64,000 nt of DNA. Origin: an uncultured Lachnospiraceae bacterium. GTDB lineage: Bacteria > Bacillota > Clostridia > Lachnospirales > Lachnospiraceae. A model generated the notes under the pieces. That model made no database searches. It was not told the DNA's origin and worked only from the letters and a program-made list of their open reading frames with translations. How positions within the stretch are numbered: the first letter of the stretch is position 1; the number at the start of each line of letters is the position of its first letter. The DNA lies in contig CAWVIZ010000009.1 of NCBI GenBank assembly GCA_963929535.1, forward strand, positions 150,433 to 214,432. Direction: 5' to 3'. Made by a program: the position numbers and the translations under genes. Below, piece after piece: positions 1 to 9,995 of the stretch.

Positions 1-294
1 CTGGCCGCCACTCCAGGAGATCTCAGCCTGATCCTGCCCAAACGGATCCTGGACGGCATCATCGAAATGATCTATGCCCTGGATAAGATCGCCCCGGGTA
101 CCGCCAACGATGACACACTTCTGTATGGGGTAGAAGTAAAATTCTACAATATGGAAGTGGAGATTGATGAGAATCTGGAGAGCAGGTATAAGGGCCTGTA
201 TGTGATCGGTGACGGCAGCGGCGTTACCCACTCCCTGTCCCACGCCTCCGCATCCGGTGTCTATGTTGCCCGGCACATTCTGGAGAATCTGTAG
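1..294 (+). CDS. C-terminal fragment of an FAD-dependent oxidoreductase-like protein (gene starts upstream of the window)
   Basis: The frame is open from nt 1 to the stop at 292-294. The C-terminal motif LYVIGDGSGVTHSLSHASASG resembles the terminal FAD-binding GD motif of flavoproteins. Confidence 0.5.
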   Translation: MAATPGDLSLILPKRILDGIIEMIYALDKIAPGTANDDTLLYGVEVKFYNMEVEIDENLESRYKGLYVIGDGSGVTHSLSHASASGVYVARHILENL

Positions 295-322
295 CAGGAA
301 CCGCAGGATCACAGATCCCATT

Positions 323-862
323 TTATTCCCGCGGACAGCGAACCGGCCGCTCTGAAGCCAGCCTTTCCTGCAGTCCCATGATCTCCCCCGCCACAGCCGA
401 TGCGTCCATTCCGGAGGTGTCCACCGGAATCGTATCCAGCTCCTTATACAGAGGAAGCCTGCTGACACTTCTCCGGATCACATCGGCTGTCCGGATCCCC
501 GCCTCCACATCCTTCTGCAGCCGGCAGACAAGTTCTTCCTCCGTGCAGATCAGGGATATGTTGATCACCTGGCAGTGTGCCGTATCCAGGCGGGAAAGAA
601 TCTCATCAATGATCTCCTGCTGATGCATCACCCAGCAGAAAACAATATTTTCATAAGCAGAACACCTGAGGAAATTGTTCAGGACGGCACAGATATTGTC
701 AAGAACCATTCTTTTTGTCTCACAGGTCACCTGAAAAGGATCCGCATCCCAGCACCAGTCGCCGTCCAGAAATACACTGCGGCACAGTCTTTTTTTCAGA
801 AGCTGGCTCACGGTGGTTTTTCCCACCCCCATGGTTCCTCCGATCAGAAACAACTTTTTCAT
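323..862 (-). CDS. P-loop kinase-like / AAA family ATPase, small (179 aa)
   Basis: N-terminal Walker A motif LIGGTMGVGKTTV. The size is typical of small nucleotide or sugar kinases. Confidence 0.6.
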   Translation of the reverse strand: MKKLFLIGGTMGVGKTTVSQLLKKRLCRSVFLDGDWCWDADPFQVTCETKRMVLDNICAVLNNFLRCSAYENIVFCWVMHQQEIIDEILSRLDTAHCQVINISLICTEEELVCRLQKDVEAGIRTADVIRRSVSRLPLYKELDTIPVDTSGMDASAVAGEIMGLQERLASERPVRCPRE

Positions 863-907
863 ATTGTCACCTCCCTGCTCTGCCCGCGCATTTCGGAGCA
901 GGATATC

Positions 908-1798
908 TTATTCCTTTTCCCTGAGCCATTTTTGGGTAAAGGCAATGAATTTTTCCGTGGCTGCTCCGAAGGGCTGCTGACGCTTCCAGGCCAACACACA
1001 GGTAGAAGTCAGCTCCGGCTCCAGGGGCCTGCAGACGATCTTTTTCTCATCCCAGAGATTTCTGGAGCCGCAGATCAAAAGCGCATAGGCCAGGCCGTGA
1101 TTTACCATAAGCGAACTGTTGGCGGGAAGGTTGCTGGTAAACGCCACCTGCAGATGTTCAAAATATCTTCCGAACCAGTGGGCCACCTCGCTGCGGACCC
1201 CCATCCTTGCCGGAAGGACCAGTGGAACATTGGCCAGATCCTCCGGTGTGACAGTTGTCTTTTGGGCCAGGGGCGCATCCGGGTGCATGGCGCATACCCA
1301 CGATTCTTTTTCCTCCAGCCGGATAAAATCGTATCTGCCCATATCCACCGGTTCCAGGAGAAGCCCCACATCGGTCAGTCCCCGGTCCATCCGGTCCTTT
1401 ACATGATCCGCCGTGGCTGTATACAGTTCAAATGCCACCCGGGGATATCTGCTCCGGAAAGAACGGATCAGTTCCGCAAGCACCTGATCCACCGCCCCCA
1501 GATCCCCGCAGCCGATGGATACCGTCCCTTCTATCTCTTCATTCTGCCAGGCCAGTTCCCGTTCTGTCTTGTCCACCAGCTCCAGGATCTCCTCTGCCCG
1601 GCGCCTCAGAAGTACTCCTTCATTGGTCAGCGTCAGCCTGCGGCTTCCCCGGATAAACAACTTCACTCCCATCCTCTCTTCCAGCTGGGCCAACTGGCGG
1701 CTCAGCGTTGGCTGGGTAATATGAAGTACCTCTGCCGCCTTGGTAATGCTCTCTTCTCTCACCACAGTGAGAAAATAGCGAAGTACACGTATCTCCAT
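908..1798 (-). CDS. LysR family transcriptional regulator
   Basis: N-terminal wHTH MEIRVLRYFLTVVREESITKAAEVLHITQPTLSRQLAQLEERMGVKLF, followed by a LysR substrate-binding-sized C-terminus (296 aa). Confidence 0.9.
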   Translation of the reverse strand: MEIRVLRYFLTVVREESITKAAEVLHITQPTLSRQLAQLEERMGVKLFIRGSRRLTLTNEGVLLRRRAEEILELVDKTERELAWQNEEIEGTVSIGCGDLGAVDQVLAELIRSFRSRYPRVAFELYTATADHVKDRMDRGLTDVGLLLEPVDMGRYDFIRLEEKESWVCAMHPDAPLAQKTTVTPEDLANVPLVLPARMGVRSEVAHWFGRYFEHLQVAFTSNLPANSSLMVNHGLAYALLICGSRNLWDEKKIVCRPLEPELTSTCVLAWKRQQPFGAATEKFIAFTQKWLREKE

Positions 1799-1898
1799 AC
1801 GCCACTCTCCTCTTCTCGTTCTTTATGGATATCTCTGCTTTTGAAAAGAGGCCGCCGCACTTCCGCGTGCAGCAGCCGCCAGGAGGGATATGTACCGG

Positions 1899-3149
1899 TT
1901 ATCCCTTCCCCTGTGATACCGGAATCCGGTCTGCCTTCAGGAAAAGCAGGAATCCGGCCAGGAACATGAAGGCCAGCGCTCCCACACCCAGGTTCGTGCT
2001 TCCGGTAACCTGGCTCACCACAGATACCAGCATAGTTCCCATAAAGGAAGCTCCCTTCCCGCAGATATCATAAATTCCGAAATATTCTCCCGACTTTTCC
2101 GCCGGAATGATCTTTGCAAAATAGGATCTGGACATGGACTGGATGGCCCCCTGGAAAAGCCCCACGCAGACTGCCAGGATCCAGAACTGGTACTGCTCCT
2201 TCAGCCCCAGACCATACAGGGCAATGCAGAAATATGCTCCGATGCAGACCAGCATCAGCCGGGATACCGCCACCTTTCCGGAAAGGCGGCCGAACAGCAG
2301 CGCAGCCGGGAAGGCCACCACCTGCGTAAGAAGAAGCGCCAGCAAAAGACCGGTGGTATCCAGTCCCAGGGCCGTTCCGTATGCGGTGGCCATATCAATG
2401 ATGGTATATACGCCGTCAATATAAAAGAAAAACGCCAGTAAAAAGAACAGGATCTTCTTCTCCTTCCCCAGTTCCGAAAAGACATTTGCCAGTCTTCTGG
2501 CGCAGGAGCGCACCGGATGCTGACTGGCCTCCTGATAATATTTCTGATGGTAGGAGGTGAGAAGGGGCACTGCCAGCAGCAGCCACCACACTGCCACCAG
2601 AAGGAAAGCGATCCCCATGGCCAGCTCCATGGTGATCCCGAGGCTTTCATAGAACAGTACCAGCAGAAGGCTCAGGATAAATGGAATACAGCTTCCGATA
2701 TATCCCCAGGCAAAACCCCTGGCCGATACCTCATCCATCCGTTCTTCCGGCGCGATATCCGTCAGCATGGAATCGTAGACCACCAGGCTCAGGGAATATG
2801 CCGACTTGGCGATCACAAACAGGATCAGGAACCAGATCCAGGACTGCATAAAGCCCAGGGCCACACAGCCGATGGCTCCCACCAGCAGCGCTCCCAGAAA
2901 CACCTTCTTTTTCCAGCCCTTCAGGTCGGAGGCTGTTCCCAGAGTGGGACCCAGAATGGCCACCAGGATCGTGGATATGGATACCGCATATCCCCAGTAG
3001 GCCAGATAATCCACATCTGAGATTCCCGCGTTCCCCGCAAGATAATTGAAATAAATGGGCATGATGGTGGATACCAGCAGGGTAAAGGCGGAATTTCCCA
3101 CGTCATACAGCACCCATTTTTTCTCCAAAGAGTTTAATTTGAATTTCAT
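1899..3149 (-). CDS. MFS transporter (UMF1/Atg22-like)
   Basis: 416 aa, about 12 hydrophobic segments, and an N-terminus typical of this MFS subfamily (KWVLYDVGNSAF). Confidence 0.8.
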   Translation of the reverse strand: MKFKLNSLEKKWVLYDVGNSAFTLLVSTIMPIYFNYLAGNAGISDVDYLAYWGYAVSISTILVAILGPTLGTASDLKGWKKKVFLGALLVGAIGCVALGFMQSWIWFLILFVIAKSAYSLSLVVYDSMLTDIAPEERMDEVSARGFAWGYIGSCIPFILSLLLVLFYESLGITMELAMGIAFLLVAVWWLLLAVPLLTSYHQKYYQEASQHPVRSCARRLANVFSELGKEKKILFFLLAFFFYIDGVYTIIDMATAYGTALGLDTTGLLLALLLTQVVAFPAALLFGRLSGKVAVSRLMLVCIGAYFCIALYGLGLKEQYQFWILAVCVGLFQGAIQSMSRSYFAKIIPAEKSGEYFGIYDICGKGASFMGTMLVSVVSQVTGSTNLGVGALAFMFLAGFLLFLKADRIPVSQGKG

Positions 3150-3167
3150 ATTGTTTCCTTCCTCCCG

Positions 3168-3830
3168 TCAGCACAGCTTGCTTCCATTGGCGTGCAGCTT
3201 GAACTTACAGCCCAGCTTTTCCGCCGCCCTCCGGCACATCAGCATCCGCTCCAGAAAAATCTCAAAATAATCCATCACGCTGCAGATGGTATCATCCAGC
3301 TCCAAATTCATGGTAATCGTCTTTTTCTCCCTGTCGATCACCAGTTCTGAAGACAGAGCCGCGTAATTTACCCTGTCATGGATATCGAAGCCGGCCGGAT
3401 TGGGATTCTGCACCCGGTTGCGCCGTACATCCGTCTTGTCCGCCAGGATCAGAGCCGCGGACACCTCGTCCACTGCCGTTCCCGTGCTTTCATCGTGATG
3501 GCCGATAGCCGTAGTCACCGTAAGGATCCGGTTCAGTTCCATCCCTCTGTTCTGAAGGATCTGGTACGCCAGGATCGCGCCGCTCTGGGCGTGATCATGA
3601 CGGTTGATACTGTTCCCGATATCATGCATATATCCGGCGATCCGGGCCAGCTCCGTTTTCTGCTGCTTATATCCCAGCTCCTTCAGGATCCTTCCCGCCT
3701 CACTGGCCACCTTGGCCGCGTGCTTCCTGGAATGTTCCGTATATCCCAGTTCTTTTAATATCTCATTTCCTCGTTCGATCAGCAGATTGATCTCCTCATC
3801 TGCCTTGATCTGCTTAAAATCCGGTTTCAT
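3168..3830 (-). CDS. HD-domain phosphohydrolase
   Basis: H...HD signature (HSRKHAAKVA ... YMHDIGNSINRHDHAQSG). 220 aa. Confidence 0.8.
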   Translation of the reverse strand: MKPDFKQIKADEEINLLIERGNEILKELGYTEHSRKHAAKVASEAGRILKELGYKQQKTELARIAGYMHDIGNSINRHDHAQSGAILAYQILQNRGMELNRILTVTTAIGHHDESTGTAVDEVSAALILADKTDVRRNRVQNPNPAGFDIHDRVNYAALSSELVIDREKKTITMNLELDDTICSVMDYFEIFLERMLMCRRAAEKLGCKFKLHANGSKLC

Positions 3831-3939
3831 GCTGCCGTATTCCTGCTTTCCTGTATTATTTTCGGACAGCGGCTTTCCGCAGTCCGGAGCCAGTCTTTAC
3901 AACCGCTTTGTATGACTGCTTTGCAGCGGCCTGGCTCAT

Positions 3940-5310
3940 TCACAATCTCTGTACCGCGTCCATGGCCAGCAGCGACCGTTCACATTCCCCTGCCTCCATG
4001 GTAATCTGCCAGCACAGAGGGCTTCCCTTCATATGCTCTGACGCATAACAGAGACCATTGGTCCTCTCGTCCAGGAAAGGCCTGTCGATCTGGTTGGGAT
4101 CTCCCAGCAGAATGATCTTGGTATCCTTCCCTGCACGGGTTATAATGCCCTTGATCTGATTGGGCGTGGTATTCTGAGCTTCATCTATGATCAGATACGT
4201 TTTGATGATGGAACGTCCCCGGATATAGTTCAGCGCTTCCGTCTGGATCAGTCCCCGGGCAAAGATTTCATCCACCTTTCCTTTCAGCTCCTGCTCGTTC
4301 TCAAACCTCTCCTCCTCACTGGAGTCGATAAGCTGCTCCAGATTGTCGATCACGGGACGCATCAGAGGAGAAATTTTTTCCTGTTCATCACCGGGCAAAA
4401 AACCGATATCGGAATCAAACTGGGCATTGGGCCGGCAGATCAGGATCCTGCGGTACTCCCCGGTGGGATGGTTCAGCAGTTTCTCCAGCCCCACTGCCAG
4501 AGAATAAAAGGTCTTGCTGGTTCCGGCCATTCCCTTTACGATCACCAGAGGCGCCTTTTCCGCCGGCTGCATCAGCGCCTCCTGAAGAAAATACTGTCCC
4601 GCATTCCTGGGGGAGATCCCGTATGGCTGGCACTTTCGGTATTCCAGCTTCCGGATGATCCCTTTCTCCATCCGTCCCAGGTGAGTTTTCTTTCGGGACT
4701 GATCTGCCTGCAGGATCACAAACTGATTTTCTGTAAGCTGGGGAATATACCGTTCTCCCTTATCATTCAGATCGTACACGCAGTCTGCCGGGACGCCCTT
4801 TTTCTTAAAATCCTTAAAAATATCTTCCGGTACGTACACCATTCTGCGCCCGGTATACTGTTTCTCCTGCTCCAGCACCTGTTCCGCCATAAAATCCTGA
4901 GCCAGGATCCCCAGAAGCTGAGCCTTCAGACGCAGAAGGATATCTTTCGTCACCAGAATTACCTGGCTCTCTTTTTCTGCAAGTCCCAGACACACCTTCA
5001 ATATACGGTTATCCATGGAGCTGTCCGGCAGATCCTCCGGCAGCGCAACATCCACAAAATTCTTCTCCACCCGGAGCTGACCTCCTGTGGAAAGCTTTAC
5101 TCCCTCCAGCAGATTTCCCTTCTGCCGGAGCTGTTCCAGATACCGGATCACTCTGCGGGCACTGGCCCCCCGTTCTCCCTCCGCTTTTTTCAAACCGTCC
5201 AGCTCCTCCAGAACCGCCAATGGCAGCACGATCTGGTTTTCCTCAAAGCATTCCGGCGCATAAGGGGCCTGAATCAGTACATTGGTGTCAAGAACGTAAA
5301 CTTTGCTCAT
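3940..5310 (-). CDS. PhoH-like ATPase with N-terminal PIN domain (YlaK-type)
   Basis: PIN start MSKVYVLDTNVLI, Walker A GMAGTSKTF, Walker B IIDEAQN. The ATG at 5310 is preceded by GGGAGG. The 89-codon upstream extension in the ORF track has no support. Confidence 0.85.
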   Translation of the reverse strand: MSKVYVLDTNVLIQAPYAPECFEENQIVLPLAVLEELDGLKKAEGERGASARRVIRYLEQLRQKGNLLEGVKLSTGGQLRVEKNFVDVALPEDLPDSSMDNRILKVCLGLAEKESQVILVTKDILLRLKAQLLGILAQDFMAEQVLEQEKQYTGRRMVYVPEDIFKDFKKKGVPADCVYDLNDKGERYIPQLTENQFVILQADQSRKKTHLGRMEKGIIRKLEYRKCQPYGISPRNAGQYFLQEALMQPAEKAPLVIVKGMAGTSKTFYSLAVGLEKLLNHPTGEYRRILICRPNAQFDSDIGFLPGDEQEKISPLMRPVIDNLEQLIDSSEEERFENEQELKGKVDEIFARGLIQTEALNYIRGRSIIKTYLIIDEAQNTTPNQIKGIITRAGKDTKIILLGDPNQIDRPFLDERTNGLCYASEHMKGSPLCWQITMEAGECERSLLAMDAVQRL

Positions 5311-5608
5311 GGTAATTCCTCCCGGTACTCTCCCGCTTTCAGCCGCCGCAGGGCAGCCTGATAACGGAGAATTCTTACTTTCCGACAGCAGGCCAACCGG
5401 CTGTCGTTTCCAAGCATTGTACATGGAAAATGTGAATTCCAGAGAATACCCGGATAAAATCCAGGTTAAATCGGCCTTGCAGACCGCTGTTGACCGGCGG
5501 CATACGCCAGGAGCAGCCAGATATCCGGCTGAACCTAAGCCCCTCAGCCCCAGTCCCCTGTTTGCCTGAATTCCCATCCCGGCACCAGTCCGTCCTTACA
5601 TCCGACTT

Positions 5609-6442
5609 TCACGGATCCTGTACTCTGTGTTTATACATATTCTTGACATTCTGGACTTTGATCATTCTCTCCGCAGACAGCGGCTGCATCCGTTCCGTCA
5701 GAGCCAGAACCAGTCCGTCCGCCAGAGCTGCGGATACCGCGGAAGAATGGAATTCCTCTTCCTCTCCCCGGTATACATACAGATTCACATCCGCCCGGGT
5801 ATTCCCTTCCGGCCTGCTGGTAAACAGAAGCGTCCTGTAACCGGCAGTCCCGGCGTAATCCAGGATGATCTTCCCCTCTTCTGATATCTTGGAGTACCCG
5901 AAAAGGATCACCAGATCTCCCGGTCCCGCATGGACGATCCCTTCCACCACCTCTGTTCCTCCGGAAGGGATCATCGTGATATCAAATCCCAGCCTCCTGA
6001 GCCTGAAAAACAGCAGCTGGCCCACTGATGCGGAAGCATTCTTGGCATGGATATAGATCCTTTCTGCGGTGCGGATGCTTTCCACTGCCTGCCAAAACTG
6101 GTCAGGATCCATTCCCTCCAGGGTTTTCTCCATGCATTCCCGTTGGTGGGCGAACCACTTTTCCAGATCAAAGCCCTGGTTTTTCATCAGAGTCCCCGCC
6201 ATCTTTCTGGCGGCGCCCATACGGGTCTTCTGCTTCATTACCCCGTTCTTCAGCTCTTTAAAATCCTGATATCCCATATGCCTGACAAAACGGGAGATGG
6301 TCGCCTCGGAAACCTCCAGCCGGGCAGCCAGCTGTCCGATACTGAGAAACAGAAACTCGTCCGTATTGTTCTCAATAAATTCCCGGATCCTCCAGTCAGA
6401 TTTTGTAAACTTTGTGCCGCTGTTTTTTACTGTCAGTACCAT
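5609..6442 (-). CDS. RpiR/MurR family transcriptional regulator (HTH + SIS domain)
   Basis: HTH_6-like N-terminus (FLSIGQLAARLEVSEATISRFVRHMGYQDFKELK) and a SIS-like C-terminus. The start was chosen at the internal M (MVLTVKN) behind GGGAGGAG. Confidence 0.85.
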   Translation of the reverse strand: MVLTVKNSGTKFTKSDWRIREFIENNTDEFLFLSIGQLAARLEVSEATISRFVRHMGYQDFKELKNGVMKQKTRMGAARKMAGTLMKNQGFDLEKWFAHQRECMEKTLEGMDPDQFWQAVESIRTAERIYIHAKNASASVGQLLFFRLRRLGFDITMIPSGGTEVVEGIVHAGPGDLVILFGYSKISEEGKIILDYAGTAGYRTLLFTSRPEGNTRADVNLYVYRGEEEEFHSSAVSAALADGLVLALTERMQPLSAERMIKVQNVKNMYKHRVQDP

Positions 6443-6635
6443 GTATCTCCTCCCAGGCAGATCTGCCATTCCGAACAATTCTATTATAACGTAAAAAGGC
6501 CGGGTGTACTACACAGAATTTCAGAAAATCTCCGCCATTTCTCATGGATGATTTTCTTCCCCCTCCGCATGTAAAGCGGCCGGGGACGTCTTCTGCATAT
6601 ACGCCCGGCTGACTGCCCTGCCTGCTCTTATCCGT

Positions 6636-7427
6636 TTATCCCTCTTCCACCAGAACAGACACGTAGTTTCCTCCGTCCGCATGGATCTCCTTCAGCGCCC
6701 TTTTCAGAAGACCCGCGGTTTTTACCTGGAAGGCCGCGTTGTCCGATATCTGAACAGAATAACGGCCTTCCTCCATTTCTCTGTAAAGATCCTTCACGGT
6801 CTTTACCTCTCTCTCCAGACAGGTACGGACACAGCCGTACTGTACAGCCTGATGAGTATCGCTTCCGCTGACCACCGGGATCTTCAGGCTGCGGCCCAGC
6901 TCATAAGTCAGCTGTTCTGTCCGTTTTCTGTTCTCTGCCACATCCTTGCCGTTAAGATCGATAAAATCAAATCTCTCAAGCTGACGGCGGGGAAGCTCAG
7001 GGATATGCCCGCCCTCCCGGAAAGGATGGCCGGCCCCTACGATCACCTGATATTCATCAAACAGATCCCTCAGCTTTTCAAAAGGAAGAAATGCTTCCTT
7101 CTCTTTGTATGGCTCCAGACGGCAGTTAAGCTCCAGAATCTCCTCCGGAGTTCCGATGGAAAGAATATGACCTCCCTCCGCAATGTCTGTCTCCATTCCC
7201 GCAAAGATCCTGAGCCCTTCTCCGGTTACCAGAGTATCCCCCTCCCGGCTGCAGGTTTCCATCAGATAGCTGTACAGCTCATCAAACTGCAGCGTATTAA
7301 AATGTTCCGTCAGACATAGCGCGTCCAGCCCGGCCTTTTTTGCCTCGCCAAACAGCCAGTCTGTATACACAGTGGAAAAAGGCAGTTTTTTCGCCAGTTT
7401 TCCGTGTGTATGAAAATCAATGTACAC
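6636..7427 (-). CDS. PHP-domain metal-dependent phosphoesterase
   Basis: N-terminal MYIDFHTHG PHP motif, with further H/D motifs (TEHFN, GAGHPF, SGSDTH). It lies directly downstream of ecfT on the same strand. Confidence 0.75.
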   Translation of the reverse strand: MYIDFHTHGKLAKKLPFSTVYTDWLFGEAKKAGLDALCLTEHFNTLQFDELYSYLMETCSREGDTLVTGEGLRIFAGMETDIAEGGHILSIGTPEEILELNCRLEPYKEKEAFLPFEKLRDLFDEYQVIVGAGHPFREGGHIPELPRRQLERFDFIDLNGKDVAENRKRTEQLTYELGRSLKIPVVSGSDTHQAVQYGCVRTCLEREVKTVKDLYREMEEGRYSVQISDNAAFQVKTAGLLKRALKEIHADGGNYVSVLVEEG

Positions 7428-7449
7428 GATAGTTTCTCCTTTCCTGCTG

Positions 7450-8286
7450 TTAGATCAATGTTCCCGCCAGAGCAGCCGCTGCCGCTGCCAAAACCGATAC
7501 AGCCACAAAAAGAACGTCATCATACGTAACCTTCAGGGCAGACAGCTTCATCTTCTTTACCTCCCGGTTTACCGCCGCGTACCGGTATCCTTTGATCTCC
7601 AGAGCCTCCACTGTGGTCCTGGAACGCTTGGCCGTATTCAGCATCAGCGGATAGAAAGAATGCATGATCACCTTGACCTGATAGATCAGGCAGCGTACCT
7701 TACCTGCAAATGTCCGGTTATCCGGCGCATTTCCCCGCAGCCGGTAGGAAAGAAGCACATTCTGAAATTCCTCCATCAGCATGGGCAGCATCCGGTAAGC
7801 GTAGGAGATGGAAAAGGACAGCCGCTCCGGACATCCGAACCACATCAGTCCGTTGGAAAGTCTGTCGGGATCCAGTCCGGAAAATACTGTAATGGAAGCC
7901 AGGGAAACCGTAGCCACCTTCAGCGTAAGCACCAGGAGCGGAATCACGGTCTCCCCGTTTCCGCCGAACAACAGGGAAGCCAGAAAAAGATATCCCGTCT
8001 GAGAAAATACTCCGATCACAAACAAAAGCAGCACCAGCCCTGCCACCCGTGCCATCAGAGTTGTAACTGTCACGATCAGAAAGCATCCCAGAAGGAAAGG
8101 CACGCTGTCTGCAAACCAGGGTACCAGCGCGAAAAACGCATACCAGACCAGAAGGATCCTGGGATCCCGGGCGGCAATAAATGTGTCGTCATTGCCATAA
8201 GCATTTTTCAGAACCTGATTTCTCAGAAAATCCATGGACAGCTTATCCAGTACGCTGTCCGACAGTTTTCTCATCATCTTTTCCAT
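7450..8286 (-). CDS. ecfT: Energy-coupling factor transporter transmembrane component (EcfT/CbiQ family)
   Basis: Polytopic membrane protein with an EcfT-like coupling motif (AYRMLPMLMEEFQNVLLSYRLRG). The ATG at 8286 sits behind GGAGGAG, 1 nt after the stop of the ATPase gene. Confidence 0.8.
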   Translation of the reverse strand: MEKMMRKLSDSVLDKLSMDFLRNQVLKNAYGNDDTFIAARDPRILLVWYAFFALVPWFADSVPFLLGCFLIVTVTTLMARVAGLVLLLFVIGVFSQTGYLFLASLLFGGNGETVIPLLVLTLKVATVSLASITVFSGLDPDRLSNGLMWFGCPERLSFSISYAYRMLPMLMEEFQNVLLSYRLRGNAPDNRTFAGKVRCLIYQVKVIMHSFYPLMLNTAKRSRTTVEALEIKGYRYAAVNREVKKMKLSALKVTYDDVLFVAVSVLAAAAAALAGTLI

Positions 8287-8287
8287 T

Positions 8288-9982
8288 TTAAACCACTCCT
8301 CCAAATCCTTTGATAAAATCATCCACTGTGTAGCAGAACGCCTTCGGATCCAGCGCCTTCCCCATGGAGAAAATCTCCGGCGGACGGATCCCTGTCTTCT
8401 CCACCACTTCCCGGTTTCCGAAAATCTCATCCCGGCCGCCGTCCGCGATCACCTGTCCCTGCCATAAAACAATGATCCTCTGAGCCCACTCACAGACAAG
8501 CTGCATATCATGGGTGGCGATCATCACGGTTTCCGTGATGTTCTTCATATCGTTCAGAGTCCGCATGATCTCTTTCCTGGTGGCAATATCCAGGTTGGCT
8601 GTAGGTTCATCCAGCAGCAGGATCTCCGGATTCAGAGCAATGCCGATCGCCAGGCTGGCCCGCCGCATCTGTCCCCCGGAAAGAAGTCTTCCATCCCGCC
8701 ATCCAAGCTCGGTAAGCCGGAATCTCTCCAGGAGCTTTTCCGTCCTCTCCTCCCAGTCCTCCAGTTCCCGTGCTTTCATGGCAAATGCGATGTCGTTTTT
8801 TATGGAATCCTTGATAAACATATCCTCCGGATTCTGATAAACCAGGGACACATACCGGGACAGATCCTCCGGCCGGGTATCCCGGATATTTTTCCCTTTC
8901 AGCGTCACTGTTCCATCGGAAGGCTTCAGAAGTCCGGTCATCATTTTCATCAATGTGGACTTGCCGGCGCCGTTGGATCCGATCAGCGCGATTTTTTCTC
9001 CCCGATACAGGGTGAGATCCAGATTTCGGAACACCTCCCGGGGTTCTCCCTTTACACTGCGGTAGGATACGGATACGTTGTCAAAGCGGACCGCAGCCTC
9101 GCCCCTGGCGGCCTCCTTTTTCCCCTCCAGAGGTTTGTGATATGCAAGCCCTCCAAAGACTTCTTTTCCCTCTTCCACGGTGGAGGGGAGGAATTCCTTT
9201 GCGCGGATCCTTCCCGCCTTTTTCAGACCGTAGGCGGCCAGCGTCACCTGGGGAGGGAAAATATTGCATTCCTGCAGCTCTTCTACCCTCTGCAGGGCAT
9301 CCTGGGCAGTCAGCTTCCACTGTACGGCTCCGTTCTTCATCAGCACCACATGACGGCAGAAGTCCGCGATGTACTCTGTATGGTGCTCGATCACGATAAT
9401 GGTTTTCCCGTGCTTTTCATTGAGCTCCTTCAGGATCTGGTAGATCTGATCCGCATGATAAGGATCCAGCTGAGCAATGGGCTCATCCAGAATGATCACC
9501 TCCGGCCGGAGAGAAACAGCTCCCGCCAATGCCAGAAGATGGGTCTGTCCTCCGGAAAGCTGCCAGATATAATCCTGCTCCCGTCCCTCCAGGCCGCACA
9601 TCTTCAGAGCCTCCTGCCCCCGTCTGAGATAATCTTTCATGGCATAGTTCATGCAGGCATAGGATGCGTCATCCAGAACCGTAGGCCGGACGATCTGATT
9701 TTCAAAATCCTGGTAGACGTAGCCCACCTTCTGGGCCAGACTGCCGATATCTGTCTCCAGAGTATTCAGCCCTCCTGCGAAGACCTCTCCCTGAAACTCC
9801 CCGGTGATAAAGTGGGGGATCAACCCGTTCATCACTTTACAGAGCGTGGACTTTCCGCATCCGTTATTTCCCACGATGGCCAGAAAATCTCCCTCCTCTA
9901 TTTCCAGGTTTACCCCCGAAAGCGTCGGAGAAGACGCCCCGGGGTAGGTAAATGTCAGATTTCTGATCTCAATACTGTTCAT
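8288..9982 (-). CDS. Fused double ABC ATPase (EcfA1-EcfA2-like)
   Basis: Two Walker A motifs (GNNGCGKST, GSNGAGKST), two LSGGQ signatures, and two Walker B motifs (ILDEP, LLDEP). 564 aa. Confidence 0.9.
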   Translation of the reverse strand: MNSIEIRNLTFTYPGASSPTLSGVNLEIEEGDFLAIVGNNGCGKSTLCKVMNGLIPHFITGEFQGEVFAGGLNTLETDIGSLAQKVGYVYQDFENQIVRPTVLDDASYACMNYAMKDYLRRGQEALKMCGLEGREQDYIWQLSGGQTHLLALAGAVSLRPEVIILDEPIAQLDPYHADQIYQILKELNEKHGKTIIVIEHHTEYIADFCRHVVLMKNGAVQWKLTAQDALQRVEELQECNIFPPQVTLAAYGLKKAGRIRAKEFLPSTVEEGKEVFGGLAYHKPLEGKKEAARGEAAVRFDNVSVSYRSVKGEPREVFRNLDLTLYRGEKIALIGSNGAGKSTLMKMMTGLLKPSDGTVTLKGKNIRDTRPEDLSRYVSLVYQNPEDMFIKDSIKNDIAFAMKARELEDWEERTEKLLERFRLTELGWRDGRLLSGGQMRRASLAIGIALNPEILLLDEPTANLDIATRKEIMRTLNDMKNITETVMIATHDMQLVCEWAQRIIVLWQGQVIADGGRDEIFGNREVVEKTGIRPPEIFSMGKALDPKAFCYTVDDFIKGFGGVV

Positions 9983-9995
9983 CCTTTTACTCCTG

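Noticed and set aside
575-1969. 464-aa plus-strand ORF spanning the kinase-like and LysR genes
   Set aside because: It is antisense to two well-supported genes, and its composition is low-complexity and rich in P, R, G and H. This is the typical shadow ORF of a high-GC coding strand.
5311-5577. N-terminal extensions offered by the ORF track (phoH-like here; also rpiR, ecfT, ABC-F, rimO, gmk, pheS, galM and the AAA ATPase at 61789)
   Set aside because: In each case an internal Met with a good Shine-Dalgarno sequence coincides with the start of the conserved domain, and the extension overlaps the upstream gene or leader.
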